Of a DNA stretch of 64,000 bases, positions 43,758-59,000 are shown in pieces (within the stretch, counting starts at the first letter, position 1; the number at the start of each line of letters is the position of its first letter). This stretch comes from Antedon mediterranea. Its lineage: Eukaryota > Animalia > Echinodermata. Position numbers and translations under genes: made by a program. The notes under the pieces were generated by a model. That model made no database searches. It was not told the origin of the DNA and saw only the letters and a program-made list of their open reading frames with translations. The stretch spans positions 14,162,371-14,226,370 of the forward strand of contig NC_092678.1 of the NCBI RefSeq assembly GCF_964355755.1. Direction: 5' to 3'.

Positions 43758-46700
43758 TACTCTCTTATTGTAAACGAGTGAAAACGTCACTCGTTGTGGG
43801 GAGTGAAACTGTTTTCACTCTAAAAGAGCGATTTTTCACTCCCCGAGAGTGGTTAAAATTGTCTAAAATAATACGAATAGCTGAAAGCAGTTCGCTCCTC
43901 GAGAGTGAAAAAAGAGTGACCGCGTGAACCAATCAGAGACGCGTATGCAATTTTGGCGCAATTTTTGTGCTTGATGGGGAGACATTTTGTTTTCACCACC
44001 ATCGCGTGACATCGTCATCATGGAGGAGTTTCTTCAGAAATTTAGCATTAAAATGAGACAATTAAACTGATTGAAGGTAAGAATATTGAATAAGATGATT
44101 ATTTACAATACTGATAATATAGAGACATATTATATTTGAGAGGCGAGGAAGAAACATCAGTAACAAATTTACTGTATACTTTGAAATAATAATCCTTCTA
44201 GCCTGAAGGCAGGGCGCGGTCGACCGGTCGCATCCTGTTACCTTTTACTCGCACGTACTCGTACGGAGACCGGTCCGGCTGCAGGAGGAGGAATAAACGC
44301 AAATAGCATGATAACTTAAGGCCGCACTAGAGTTAGGCCTAGGCCTAGTTAGAAATTGTCAAACTGCCTACTACTTATAATAGGCATAGGCTTGTCTATT
44401 CTCCTTATGTTATGATGATATTAATTATTTAATAATATTTATTTAATATTAATTAATAATTAATATTATTTGTTTTAGGGCCTAAATAAATTAATTGGCC
44501 ACATTTTTTTATTGGCCTACTACTAGCCTGTACTACTAGCCTGGCTAAACCTAGCATAGGAAGGAAGGCCTAGCTAGCGATTTTAATTATTATATGCACG
44601 ATCATATTAGACCTTTAAATTAGTACTAGGCCTATTTTAAGTAAGTAGGTCTAGGCCTAGGCCAAAAGTGATATGATAACAAAGCCTAGCCTTATAGATA
44701 GGCTAGGCTCTAGGCTAGATAGAGTAGTAAGTATATATTTGTACTTCATTTAACAAATTTTATAATTATAATTAGTGTTTTCACACAAATGTTCATGCAT
44801 GATTGCCAATGATGCTGTCTGTTGCCATTGGCTGTAATGATAATATAGAAACCAACTGTACTGTAGTTGGAACTTTTAAATACAGTATTCATTGTTTCAC
44901 TGAGAATGAAATAAAGATTTAAACAACTATACTAGGCCTAGTTAAGTTAGACTACACAAATGAGTGTGTGGCAGAAGAAAAATGCTTACAAACTATTTTA
45001 GGTCTATATTAGTACTATAGTACAGTATAACACCTTTGATCTTTAAGAATGACAGGTTGGGTTATTTATGTTTATAACTCACTTTGTAAAGACTAAAGAA
45101 TTTAGGGATCATCTTAATTTACCACACTGTTGATATTACTACTAGTCTTTCTCTCTGCACCTCTTTAAGGTGATCCCTTAGCTAAGTGTGTACCATATTT
45201 GGTAGTGGTCTAAACTGATAAAAATGATTATACTCTAGTATAAAGAAAAGATCAACTTGGTATAAATACCTTGAAAGCAGTTCTTATTTCCTTTTTGTCA
45301 AATACCGTATTAAATTGTTTTAATTTTGTTTTCTTAAATATAAATATTTTTTATTTAAGATTGAATGGATGAAGTATCACCCAGCTAACCGTGAAAATAC
45401 TGCGCAGATAAGGACATATTTTAAGGAGACAGCCACCATGAGGTCAACGATCATTAAAACAAAAAATCCAACAATAACAAAAGTGCTTGAAATGTTTCCA
45501 CGAATAAAGAACATGCCATGATTGGTAAGATATTTACAATGACAATTTAAGTGTATGTATACTGGACCTATGATTTAGTCCTTATCCGAGAAGACTTGTT
45601 CTTCCACCAGAACAATGAAGTGACTGAGCCTTGCCAATGTTATGGCTGTGGTTTGTGGCGCCCCTGCCTTACTGCTTGGCCCCTATACACCGCTCGATAT
45701 TTGATATGTAACTTAGCACAATGAAATTATTCACATATTTCCACAGATAAATCTTGATTTTAAGATCACATATGGAGATGACATTTCAGATGGATTTTTA
45801 TCTAGATGGAACGTTTTTCTTTTACTGTAAGTATGCTGGCGTGCACAGCCTAGGCGTAGTACACAGTATCACATTTTAAAAAGACGATTCTTTATCTAAA
45901 TATTTACAATACCTATTCACAAGTCAAATGGCGTAAATTGAAAAGTTAGGTATATAAACTAAAAACATAGTACTGATATCTTGTATGTTTATTTACAGGT
46001 GACATATGTGCCCTAAAGGGTTTAGCCCTGATGCTGCCATTTTCAAATGCACATTGTACAAAGAAAGGCAAAGGAAAATCAAAAGGAGCCAGTAGGGAGG
46101 AGTCACTTGACTACCTTATCCAACATCAACCAGTAAGTAACAAAATAGAAGGTCTTGTTTAAATAATTCTTGATTCACAAGCAGTAACAATAATTGAGTC
46201 ATCTTTTGTGCCTAAATAAATTTGCTGTTAACAAGTTTTGTTTCATTCACACATACAGTACATTTGTCAAATGTCCTATTATTAATGCCCTATTATGTTT
46301 CATCAATTGCGTAGTTTCATTTTTATTTTATGTACCTGGTTTATCAATTATTGACATAAAGTACACAAAAATAAATGTACTTTTTATTCTCTTATTTTGA
46401 TTAAACAAATAAGAACAACGATATTTCTTCTTATTTTTACAGATTGGCACCAGTGTAGACACGTTTGCCAAAAACAAGAGTGACAAGTTCACCCAACCAT
46501 TTTTGTTAGCCCTTGGTCCTTCCACAAATCCGGAACAATATTTTCTTGTCTGTGACCATTGTGCTACCGAAGCTGGTTCGGCAGTAGTGTTAGCTTTTGA
46601 TTTAGTTTTTAAGTCATTTTATACTTTTAATGTTTTTTTTCCTGGCTGCCTTTACTCTTTTTATAGGATCATATATTATTTATTTTTACATAAAATGTAG

Positions 46701-47481
46701 TCTGTGACCTTAAATTAGGTCGAAAAAACGTAGAGAATGCAACTTTAAATATTACAGCCATTTAACGCAAAGGTAAAATACGTACGTAATACATTTTTTA
46801 ACTTTTGTTTTACTATTGCTTGTTTGGTGTTGTGTATAAAGTCAAAGATTGCCTTACATTCATTCCAAATTTGTATTAATCTTTGTATGCTTTAATTAAA
46901 AAATTGTCTTTCTTAATATACTTTTCTCTTGATTTTGGTTAATTTTTAAGCACTTAGTTGCCCAAAATATTGTGCTATATTACATTGAACTTTATTATTA
47001 ATTAATAAATGCTACTATTTTAGTGAAATTAAAGTTTTTTCTATTTCATTTATCCTGTGTGCGTAATCTGTCATCTACAGCAGTAGTAGTAACAATTTTG
47101 CACTATGATAAAAAATTAATATTTGATTTTATAATCCATCTTTGGTCGTGTTATTGTTAGAGATATTTTATACATTGAACCAGCAGATTTAAAGTACTTT
47201 TTAAGATTTCACTACAGTACTGCATTTCAAAGAAGTGAAAATACTATAAAAGAGTGAGCTCTCACTCCTTTTAAAGAGTGACTATCACTCTTTATCAAAA
47301 GAGTGACAATATTATTTCACTCTTTTTCCACTCTTTTCCCACTCTTTCAAAGAGTGAATAGTTCCACTCTTTTCAAAGAGTGGTTTTCACTCTTTGAAGA
47401 GTGGTCCTTAATACCACTCCTCAAAAGAGTGAAAATTCACTCGAAAAGAGTGGATTTTCACTCTTTTACATTAAGAGAGTA
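43758..47481 (+). mobile_element. Non-autonomous CMC/EnSpm(CACTA)-like DNA transposon with spliced accessory-ORF remnant
   Basis: TIR TACTCTCTTAWTGTAAAMGAGTGAAAA at both ends, dense AAAGAGTG/CACTCTTT subterminal repeats, internal exon QPFLLALG..QYFLVCD..AFDLVFKSFYTFNV. Confidence 0.75.
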
Positions 47482-47969
47482 TACGATACGATATTATTTA
47501 TTGTCATGTTTAAAAACAAGGTACAAATGAATTGTCGTTGGTTGATTACATGTAATTAGACAAACGAATACAAAACAATGCGTAGTAACCAGTGATTGTA
47601 AATTAAATAGATTTTACAGATTTGCTATTAAAGTCATGGTTGAATAAACGAATGATTATCGACAGCCTTTAGTGTTTTGATTCAGAGTAATCAGTCTACC
47701 AGTTTGGCTAAGTTTAACGAATTTATTGACAGGATGATCGGAATCATTAATTACATTTTGTTAGATATCATTTATTATTACAACACGAAAATCATCTGTA
47801 ATGTCCATTATTTATTTTCTTCTTAATGTAATAGCTTATAGAGAAAGTTTGATTAAATGCTGGGTTTCTTTCATATTTATCCTAATTTGTCAGGTGCCTC
47901 CTTTGTTTGCAATCCCTTTCTTAGTACATTCACTAAATTTCACTGAAAAAAGGTTTTAACCCTGAAACA

Positions 47970-49810
47970 TGATATATAATTCGTCAACATGATGATTTCA
48001 ACTCTAGTTTTATAAATAATACGTATGATGCTACACTGTAGTCAATACAGTGATAGATATTTACTCAAAGTATATTATCATTAAACTAAAATATTCATTC
48101 ATTTCCGTCTGTTTGGTAGTCATGCGAAACCTCTTTATTTTACATGATAACGACCGAGTTCACAATCACAATAGTCCTACACTTTATTTGTTTAAACAAA
48201 AAGCTACGGTTATGCACAAGAAAGCCTAAAATATGTATGGGTTTTGTAAACGTAGCCATTATACTGTTTGAGTGTCGTGAAGTTATATGTAAGTTGCTTT
48301 AGCTTCTACCGATTAGTTTTCCCTATGCTAGTATAAATGGAGTTTGGTAGTCGAGTGGTTAGGACACTTGACTGCCACCCAGGTGGTTAGGAAACTTGAC
48401 TGTCACACAGAGAGACCTGGGTTAAATTCCCCAACACTCACAGTCTACTAAGCTGTAAATGAGTACCTGGTTGAAAATACTAGAGAGGATAAGGCGGCGT
48501 AGAAAGGAATTGGCTACCCTACCACATAATGCCGGGGCATGTTCAGAATTAAATACGGGACCTTTACCTTTTTAGTATAAATCACATAAACTGTTTTGAA
48601 TTTTGTTCATCCATGTTTTTTTTTATTTCCTCGCCTCTTGTTGGTATGTATATTCTCTGTTTGGCCATTTGTGTGTTTATATTATTGTGACAATGCAGTT
48701 TCAATTTCATAAATACGTATAATATTATTTTCAATCAATGTGCAGTTCTACAGTTATCGGTACCATATCGCAAATAGCGATGTTGTTGTGGCCAAAGTGC
48801 ATATCGGCCTCTCTCCTCCAATCCTCTTTACGTTTATCTGTTATTTGTTAAAATTATTATGTTTTATTTGTTAAATACAGTTTTAGAAAAGTGCAAAATC
48901 ATATTACGTTTAAATGCTATTGTATGCAATGTTCCCCAAAAGCCTACTTATTTCTTTGCAAATGTATTAAGGCGAACTCTACAAAAAGCGCAACAATTAT
49001 CATCACCTTAGTTTTAGCCAAGTTAAGCCTAGCCTAGCCAATGCACGTTTCGCTTCAGCAGTAAAGGTATCATTGCCAAACAGGAAATGCCAAGAAGCTT
49101 ATGAATAATAATTATTCCATATAAATACCCTAACAACTGAAAAGGGGTTAAACCCTGAAACAAGACAAATTATCAAAGTATTTAATTTTTTAAATCAGGT
49201 TATAATGGTAAATTTTAAGCTAAACATTTATTTTTCCATCATCAACAGTACTTGAAATGGTGACACCATGTTAGAAATTAAATTATTTAAGAACAGATGT
49301 ATATTTTGATTTGGTTGGTAGGCCTATTAATTCCTCCATGCATGTATTTGAATAATGTACTCATGCTTATAGTCAACTTTATAGTGTTGTATAGTTTCAG
49401 TAAATCGGAAACCGGAACAGAAAATAAACATTTGTGGAATGAAGAAGTTAACCGCATTTGCATAGTATAGAGCTTTATTGCTAGTACATGATATATAATT
49501 CGTCAACATGATGATTTCAACTCTTGTTTTATAAATATATGTATGATGCTACACAGCAATCAATACAACTAAAGAAGAATTCATTTTCGTTTGTTTAGTA
49601 GTCATGCGAAACTTCTTTATTTTGAATGAAAACCACCGAGTTCACAAACACAATAGTCCTACACTTTAGTTGTTTATACAAAAAGCTACGCTTATGCAAG
49701 CCTAAACTATGTATGGGTTTGTAAACGTAGCCATTATACTGTTGAAGTGTTGTGGGATTATATTGACGTTGTTTTAGCTGCTACCGATTAGTTTTACCTT
49801 ACTATTATAC
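47970..49810. repeat. Dispersed duplication: 47970-48330 resembles 49490-49810 (also 48760-48980 resembles 52520-52730)
   Basis: Shared ACATGATATATAATTCGTCAACATGATGATTTCAACTC and downstream blocks. Confidence 0.8.
48338..48575 (+). mobile_element. tRNA-derived SINE
   Basis: A-box-like GGTAGTCGAGTGGTTAGG, B-box-like GGGTTAAATTCCC, central GCTGTAAATGAGTACC. Confidence 0.7.
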
Positions 49811-49846
49811 TAGTGTAAATGACATTCCGAATGTAATGTATCATAC

Positions 49847-50478
49847 CGTGGTCAGAACTGTCTATATCCAAAACTGACGTTTTGAGAAAAAGAGGTTTCA
49901 AAGTTTAATTATGTCTTACAAATCAAAAAATCTAGGCTAAACAATAATACTCAAGAATTATGTTACTAGTACTCAGTCAAAGTTGATGGTTGGGCCTCAT
50001 ACTCGTTCTTCCCTTGGGTGGGCCAAAAATCATCAAAATTGGACATAACCAGTTCTGGTCGAAACAAAATAAAAACACAATGGAAATAATCAAAGTCAGA
50101 CATAGTACTATTTTGGCTCATTTAAATCACAAAAATTCACCAAAGAAGTGAGAAACAACTTGAAAAAGATAATAAGGAAGAGACAGCATGGACACCACCG
50201 CTGCATACAGGAATCCAATGTAAAAGATATGTCTATGTCCTAAAAAAATTTAAAAAAAAATCATTCCAGAACTGACCATGTCCCAACATAGACAGTTCTG
50301 GCATAAATCAAAATCATATAATTATGGACATAGACTTAATTTACTTTGTCTAACGCCCCCTATTTTGAAGGGAGTGGACCTAGTCACTTCTGGCAGAGAA
50401 AGTATATCCAAGAACATAACTAATAGAGGGTCTAACTCATTTTTGCTCAAATTGGACATAGACAGTTTTGGCACTACG
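49847..50478. mobile_element. MITE-like element with imperfect TIRs
   Basis: CGTGGTCAGAACTGTCTATATCCAA versus TTGGACATAGACAGTTTTGGCACTACG. Confidence 0.55.
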
Positions 50479-51054
50479 CCCACGATACTATGTTATTGTT
50501 GAGTTGTTTTTCTATTTTGTTCAGACATGTTTTTGTTGGTATGTATTTTCTCTGTTTGGCTTTGGCTCTTATTTCTGTTTTTATTTAAATGTAAGGTTAA
50601 GGTTCAATCAATGTACAGTTTTCTGTTTAAGTTATTCAGGGAAATTATTCCATTTATTTTCAGTGTAATTTTAGCCTGTGTTTTTACTTTTAATAAAGCG
50701 TCTACTATGTCAAGTCCTTGTTTTATTTTGTCACTTTCACAAATTATAGATAATTATGATAAAAATAATTTAATTAAATTTAAAAAAATCCTTGCAAACG
50801 CAACATGCACGTATGTTAGTATGAGAGTAAATTGTTGCCATGCTATGACCTGAAACATAATTTGATTATAGTGCTGAATTGTGCCTATTATTGTGTTATA
50901 TAATAATAATGATAATAGAAACTGTTGTCTTAGAAAGTGTTTTCTAACGCGATCAGACAACTTCCTCGTTAGATTTCCACAGGATGGCCGTAAAAACTCG
51001 TTTTAGGGTTGATTTACTTAGTTAAGTGGCTTCATTATTTTTTATTTTTTTCAA

Positions 51055-52442
51055 TTAGTGGAGCTCCACCCAGAAAATTACTATTTTTCATACATTTCAA
51101 CTATTATTTAAAAATATCATCCCTTATACTTCATATTTTTTTGAATTTTTTTTCAATGAGTACGATTTTCTTGAAAATCACGCCTTTTTGCGTTTTGGGG
51201 GGATACCTTGTAATTTCATATTCTTTTACATGCAAAAGGGGGGTATATTTGAATAATCCTAAAAAATTCATTTCTTCACCAAAAAAAAAAAGTAAAATGT
51301 CTATTTATGTAATTTTTCCAGATCTTTCTATTTCTGGTATTTTTATCACGTATACATTGCGCAATTTTGCGTAAATAGACACTTTCCCCCGTTCGGGTCC
51401 AATTGGGTTTTTTATTTTGCTAGGGAGTACGATCACGTGACATTTTTAACAATCACACTACTGCAGCTGGCAATCTGTTATTTTGTCGCGATGTTATTTT
51501 TGACGGGCGAAAAGTATATTAAAACATTCTGAATGTGACCCTATTATGTTTCACAGTGTAATAATGTGATTATGAGACTATTACTAAAATGTCAAATTTA
51601 ACGAGATTTGAGAAAGATGTGGCTATATATTCAATAAAGCTAGGCCTAGGCCTACTAGAGTGTAGGTATGTACCGATGCTGCTTAGTGGCTTGGCCTCTA
51701 GCTAGGCTAGGCTGACAGCAGTGAAGTTTGTTTTGCTTTCACCCGACCTTGGCCTACCCATGGGCCATGATAGGGTGCCTGAATAGTTGCTTTTCAGTCA
51801 GGTCTAAGCTTGCACATCGCTTTACTATTCTTTACTACTCTTGTTCTGTATAGGATTTTGTGTTTCACAATTCTTAATATGCGAGAAAACCCAGGAACGA
51901 TAAATGGGGCGAAACGACCATGCCTATGAATACATAGGCCTCTAGACAAAAATTCAAGGCTAGCTAGGCTGATCAGACGGCTTAGCTAGGCCTAGCCCTA
52001 GCTTAAAGTTAAAAGCAATCCGATAAGAATATTATGCTGTTGTTGTACAGTGAAAATCATGAGGTTACATGTAAATTATACTGACATTCTTATCGGAAAT
52101 ATTACTTAGGCCTAAACAAATCGTATTGTGTGTATAAAATTTATTCCCAATTTTTCGACACATAATTTAACAAAGGGAAGACATTTCCACAATGCGTTCC
52201 AGCGACTAAAACGCGTCAGTCGCTAAGTGTAACGCGTTTCGCGACGTATTGTAAACTAATAACCCCTAAGTTACTGAAAAACTGTAATTTGTTAAAAAAC
52301 ACTATTTTCTGACCGATTTTTTAGAAATGAGTTTTTGGAAAATATTTCCGTATTTTCCTGGTTTTTTTTATGTAATCACTTTCAATTAAACATACTTAAA
52401 CATAATATAAGCTAAGAAAGTCTGAGTGTAGCTCCACTTTAA
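51055..52442. mobile_element. Non-autonomous DNA transposon, Kolobok-like
   Basis: AGTGGAGCTCCACCCAGA at left versus TCTGAGTGTAGCTCCACT-TTAA at right. Confidence 0.5.
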
Positions 52443-53087
52443 GGCAGAAACTACAGAGGACGTTCTAGTCAATTGAATATGCACAGGGAGATAAAGTTAT
52501 ACTTTGTTGCTTTTTGTTATCGGATTAGCGATGTTGTGGTCCCAGTGTATATCACCCTCTCTCACCCGATCCTCTTTAAGTTTATTTTTATTTAAAAAGA
52601 AGTTTGTATGTTGTTAAATATAGTTTAGGAAAGTGCACAATCATAGAAACAACATGTACATGCTTTTTGACGCAATATTCCCCATAAACCCTATTTATTA
52701 ATTTTCTTTTTAAGTATTAAGGTAAACTCTATTTTTGAGAAATGAAAAAAATGTATTATTAAAAGTCTTCATCTGAAGAAACTTTCTGTAATAATTTTCA
52801 TAAATCATATTAATATTTTAGCACACGTTAGGTTCTTGTCCTGTATCTAACAGAATGTCACGTGCTCTTTTTGAGCAATATATTGTACTTGAAATGATTT
52901 TGACAACTGACTATTAAATACTAGTGTTCACTATAGTATTGCTGTATACATATATTTTATTGTTGTATCAAAAACTAGTATTGTAATAATATTATTTAAA
53001 TTCGATTAATGATATTTTCTTCAGAGAAACAAATCTAAATTAAACCAGCAAAGAAAAGCTTTATGAAAACTCAGTATAGTACTTAAG

Positions 53088-56000
53088 ATGTCGGGGTGAG
53101 TTGTAAAGTTGAAGAACAATACTATATGAAAACGACTACGAAAAACATAAATGCTATCATTGTATTTTTTTAATTATTGATGTAACTCATTTTTTATTTC
53201 ATATTTGACCGTAACAGATTACAAGATGCTTTTAAGATGAATGACTTGCAACAAATTAAAATAATATGTCAGAAAAATCCAGATCTTTTGAAAAACAAAG
53301 ATGAGGTAAACAAAAGATAGGCTGGCTGTTAATATTACTAATAAGAACGTATAGTCATTGAATTAGTTCCAAGAAGACCATACATTTTTTTATTTTTATT
53401 CTTTATTTTATTCAACAACAATACATGACAATACAGCTGTGCAGCACCCTGAGGATTGCCATGAGTGCAAAGCACTATTGAGATGGCTCTCCATATACTG
53501 CACTAGAACATTATAAGACAAACATATACACAAGATGCTCTACACAGACAAAGACTTAATATTAAGTCTTTGGGAGTGGAGTTGTAAATTTTCATGAGAA
53601 AAAAACCCTGACATATGACGAGACTTGAACCCAGGACCCTTAGATTGGTAGCCAAGCATCATAACCACCAAACCACAGCTCCACTCCACTGTAATCATTA
53701 TATATTATACCTATATTCAAATATAATGAATATTGTATAATACCCTGGATCAATAACAAATTGTTCAGTGACGAATGCTGCAAATTAAATACATTAACTT
53801 ACTGACAAAATACATCAGTACTTACTGTTATTGTTTTTCCTACATTATGAGATCGGTGAACTGTAGAAGGTTGGACAAATAGTTAGACGGTCAGAATGAC
53901 AGTTTCAAGTCAAGATCCATTTTTTGTACGTGAAATAAAAAAAAACGCATAATTGAGTTCATCTAAATCCAATCTAGTAAGAAATAATTATACATATAAT
54001 TCATAATGGTGACTAGACCCGACAATAACAACAATGTATGCACTTTTTTCTCTTATCATTAAAGTTATAACAATTATTTACTTCAGGATTGTACAATAAT
54101 TGTTTATGCTTTTGTTTTTCATGATTTCTAAGATTAGCATGTTATTAAACGTAAAGTATAAATGTAACTGATTTTAGTAATGTCATAACAGTGTTGAACT
54201 TACAACAATTGTCAATGTAACATGAATACAAAACATGTTTGCATTACAGCTGTAATCTATATTTATAAACTACATGGTTATGATTTCTTTCTAGTTTGGA
54301 TACACTCCTCTACATAAGTATTTACTTTGTGCCAACCCTACAACAGAAATTGTGGCTTGTCTCCTACGGCATGGCGCACCAGAAACACCACGAACTACGG
54401 TAACATACAATTATAGTATGTCTATTATGTCATTATCGGTTCCAGCAAACATCTCTATTACATTTATGACGTCTCATTTATAATTATTATGAATTATGTA
54501 GAATTAGTTATTACAAATTCAAAAACATTTATTGAATAAAACATTAAATAAATTAAAAACTATATTGTGTATACATGCCATGAACACATTTTGAAGTGCG
54601 ACTCGCCAATTATGACGTATTATAATCGATTGATTCACACATTTGTATTACAAATAAATAGTAATTCTTCACTTTATCAGTCTAGTTTGTTTAAGTTGGT
54701 TTAAATAATATAATAATTATTCCTTGAAATAATTTTATTTGGGTCCTATTTTATATAAAGGGGTAAATTTATTTTTTTTATCCAATCAAGTACGAAAGAT
54801 AAGCACGAAATAAAAAAGTAAATACTACGTCGTTTTGCAAGCGTACCGGTTTTCAAGGACACTTTTAGTTGCGTTGACATTGGTCAATACGGCATGCTAT
54901 ATATTACAAGCCAGATGTGTTGTAAATAAAGGACAAAATGAATGTAGCTGAGTTGTATTGTTTTGTACACTCAGAAGATTTTGTCATAACAATGTAGAAT
55001 TTACAACCATTATTAATGTGGCATGACCGAAATATTTGTTTGCCTTACAGCTGGAATGTATATTTATAAACTACTACATGATTATGTTTTCTTTCTAGAC
55101 TGGAGACACTCCACTACATATGTATTTATTCAATGCCAACCCTACAACAGAAATAGTAGCTTTTCTCATACAAAATGGCGCAACAGTAACATCAAAAAAT
55201 AAGGTAATAATACTATAGTAGGTCTAATTATGCCAGTATTAATAAAACATTATCGGTTTATCTGTCTAGATTTTTTTAAGTTTTTTACAGAAGATTTTGT
55301 CAAAGCAATGTAGAATTTACGACCACTATAATTGTGATTGTATTACAGCTTGAATTGCTATTTATAAATTACATGAATATGGTTTCTTTCTAGTATGACA
55401 CTACACTACATAGGTATTTGCGATATTCTAACAGCAATAGTGACTTGTCTCACATAGTATGGCGCATCAATAAAATCACAACATGTAGTAATGTACATAC
55501 AATCATAGTGGTATTTATGTCATTATTATGAAAACAGTATCTGTTACAGCAAACATCTCTATTTCATTTATAATATGTAATTTATAATTAATATTAATTA
55601 TTTAAATTTATTGCGAATTTTAGAAGCAGTTATTGAATGAAGCAAGAAATGAAGACATGCCATAACCGACATATATTTTTAGAAACAATATTACATTGCA
55701 TAAAGTCAATTAATATTAATTCACACATTGTATTACAATTAAAGTAGCACTTTAATTTATTTGTCTATGTTGTTTAAGTTGGTTTATATAATATAATAAT
55801 CGACTTTTGAAATAATTTTATTTGGGTCCTATTTTATAAAGGCGTAGACAAGTAGACTGTTGCGTTGACGTTGGTCTGTACGGCATGCTATATGTAACAA
55901 GCTATGTGTGGTAAATAATGTACAAATGAATTTGGCTGGCTGTTATTGTTTTGTACATTCAGAAGATTTTGTCATAACAATGTAGAATTTATAACCATTA

Positions 56001-59000
56001 TCAATGTGACATGACCGAAATATATAATTACATTACAGTTGGAATTGACGTTTACTACTTCATGGTTATGATTTCTTTCTAGTATGGAGACACTCCACTA
56101 CATGAGTATTTACAATGTGCCAACCCTAAAACAGAAATAGTGGATTATCTCGTACAACACGGCGCAGAAGTAACGTTACGAAATAAGGTAACATACAATT
56201 TTCGGAGGTCTATTATGCCAGTATTAATGAAACATTATTCTGTTCATGCAAACACCTTTATTCTATTTATGACTTCTCTTTTATATTTAATATGAATTAT
56301 TTATTAGAAGTAGGTATTACAAATTAAAAAACAGTTATTAAATAAAAATAAATTAATTAAAAACTATATTATGCAGACATGCTATGAACGATATGTGTTT
56401 GTACAAACAATTATTCCATAGTATAACTAAGTGTGTCTCGCCAATTATGACGTCATATAATCGATTGCCATTCACACATTTGTATTACTAGGCCTATAGT
56501 AGTTCTTCAATTTATCTGTCTATTTTTTTAAGTTGGTTAGAATATAATTATTATTCTTGAACTATAATTTAATTATTTAAATATGAATACATTACATGAA
56601 TATGACTTCTTTCTAGTATGGAGACACTACACTGCATAGGTATGTGCGATATTCTAACAGCAATAGTGACTTGTCTCACATAGTATGGCGCATCAGTAAC
56701 ATCACAACATGTAGTAATGTACATACAATCATAGTGGTATTTATGTCATTATTATGAAAACAGTATCTGTTCCAGCAAACATCTCTATTTCATTTATAAT
56801 ATGTAATTTATAATTAATATTAATTATTTTGAATTATATATTACGAATTTTAGAAGCAGTTATTGAATGAAACAAGAAATGAAGACATGCCATAAACGAC
56901 GTGTATTTTTAGAAACAATATTACATTTCATAAAGTCAATTTTGACATCATTATACTCGATTGTCATTCACACATTATATTACAATTGTAGTAGCACTTC
57001 AATTTATCTGTTTAGTTTGTTTAAGTTGGTTTAAATAATATAATAATTAACTCTTGAAATAATTTTATTTAGGTCCTATTTTATAAAGGCCTAAATTTTC
57101 TTTTTTTTTTATTAAATCAAATACTATAGATAAGTACGAAATAAACAAGAAATATTTCTTACAAAAAACGCCGCGTAACTTTTTGACTGGACAGTTGTAA
57201 GAACAGTCTTCATTAATCTAATATAATAGGTCGGCCAATCAAAACGCAAGTGAACAATTGGGACTTTACTTGTGATTTATGTCATTGGCCTGTCAGCACA
57301 GTCGTTTCTTTCTACTGTAGAATTAAACGCACAAATTTGTATTGGGAATAATGTATGTGGTTATTACTATCGCATTTAGGTATTGATAATAATAATAATA
57401 TGGCTTTTGAATATATAATTACTGTCTGTAGAATAACATTTATACATTTTCGGTTCGCGATGAAAAGTTATATGAATGGATTTGTAATAGGTATTTATAA
57501 TAATAGTATATGGGTTGTATTATTGCTAAGCTATCACCAAATCGCGTTATAACATTATTTCTCAGGGTTTTTTGCACCATTGATCATATTATAGTTTTTA
57601 ATGAATCATTACATTAATAAAAATACCCAATTAAATCAATCGCGTCAGTCCAATTCCGACTTATGTTTCGATCACATAGTTCTGTGTCTACACTGTCCCA
57701 ACTAGTTTAACAAAAAAAGTGTGATGTGCCCAAATATGGTAGTGATATGCCCGATTATCGTAGTGATATGACATCGTCATGTCTATATAATATGGGCACA
57801 TCATATTTAGTTTGATAGTATAGACAGAGCTTAAGGATTATATTTAAAAAATGTTTTCTTACATTTTGAACGGAAGTATTTATTTGTTTATAAGCCCAAT
57901 TTTCCAGTCTTAATTTTACATTTTGAAAAAAAGTATTTATTTGTTTATAAGCCCAATTTTCCAGTCTTAATTTTACATTTTGAAAAAAAGTATTTTATTT
58001 GTTGATAAGCCCAATTGTGCAGTCTTATTTTACATTTTGAACGAAAGTATTTATTTGTTGATAAGCCCAATTTTGCAGTCTTATTTTACATTTTAAACGA
58101 AAGTATTTATTTGTTGATAAGCCGAATTTTCCAGTTTAATAATAATGACCCCTTCCACAGTGCTTATACCATATACATTTTACATGATATTGACCGTGGG
58201 TTCTTTACGCCTCTGATGCATTTGTTTTTATTGTACCTTTTTAATAAATTATTATATGTTTAGGCCTAATCACACCCAATTTAATGAAACGGTCAGATTC
58301 CGATTTCAATTGAACGAAAGTAGTACTATATTTATTATTCATTGATAAGCCAAGGGTCCCATGGCGTTAGCCAATATCTTGAGCATTTGACTCTTGTGTC
58401 AACCTGTAACACAAATCATTCTTCAAAATCTAAAGAAAGAACCTCACACGTCTTTTTTGTGAGTGATACACTATGTATATGCCCACGGAAATAATATGTG
58501 GACATTGCAAACAATCATAGGCCTACAGTAACAAACATAACATGGCTAATAAGCATAACATTCAGACTTGCTTGTTTTCTAGTGGATTTTTATTTACTTT
58601 AGCATGTAGAATAAAACTAGTAACAGTGGCTATATTAATAATTATACTGATTATCCTTGATGTTATCGCGTCTAATAATAACATATTTTGTTGTTGATAA
58701 GCCCAATTTTTCAGCCTTGATTTTACATTTTGAACGAAAGTATTTATTTGTTGATAAGCCCAATTTTGCAGTCTTAATAATGACCCTTCCACAGTGCATT
58801 TTACATGATATTGACCGAGGGTTTTTACGCCTCTATAGGCACTGATCAATACCATAATTAATGTACTTTTTTAAATGAATATTGAAATGTTTCAACACTC
58901 CCAGATTTCCTCATCTTTATCGTTTCAAAAATTAATTAAATAATTTTCAGTGTATCACCGGGCGGTTTGGAATTTATTTCTATGCCTGTTGTGTTTATAT

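Noticed and set aside
44330-44720. Clustered TAGGCCTA palindromes as a special regulatory array
   Set aside because: Low-complexity motif also scattered elsewhere in the host flank (e.g. 51640-52000); no regular spacing
48338-48440. tRNA gene (also 53610-53688)
   Set aside because: Degenerate cloverleaf followed by SINE body and tail; these are SINE heads
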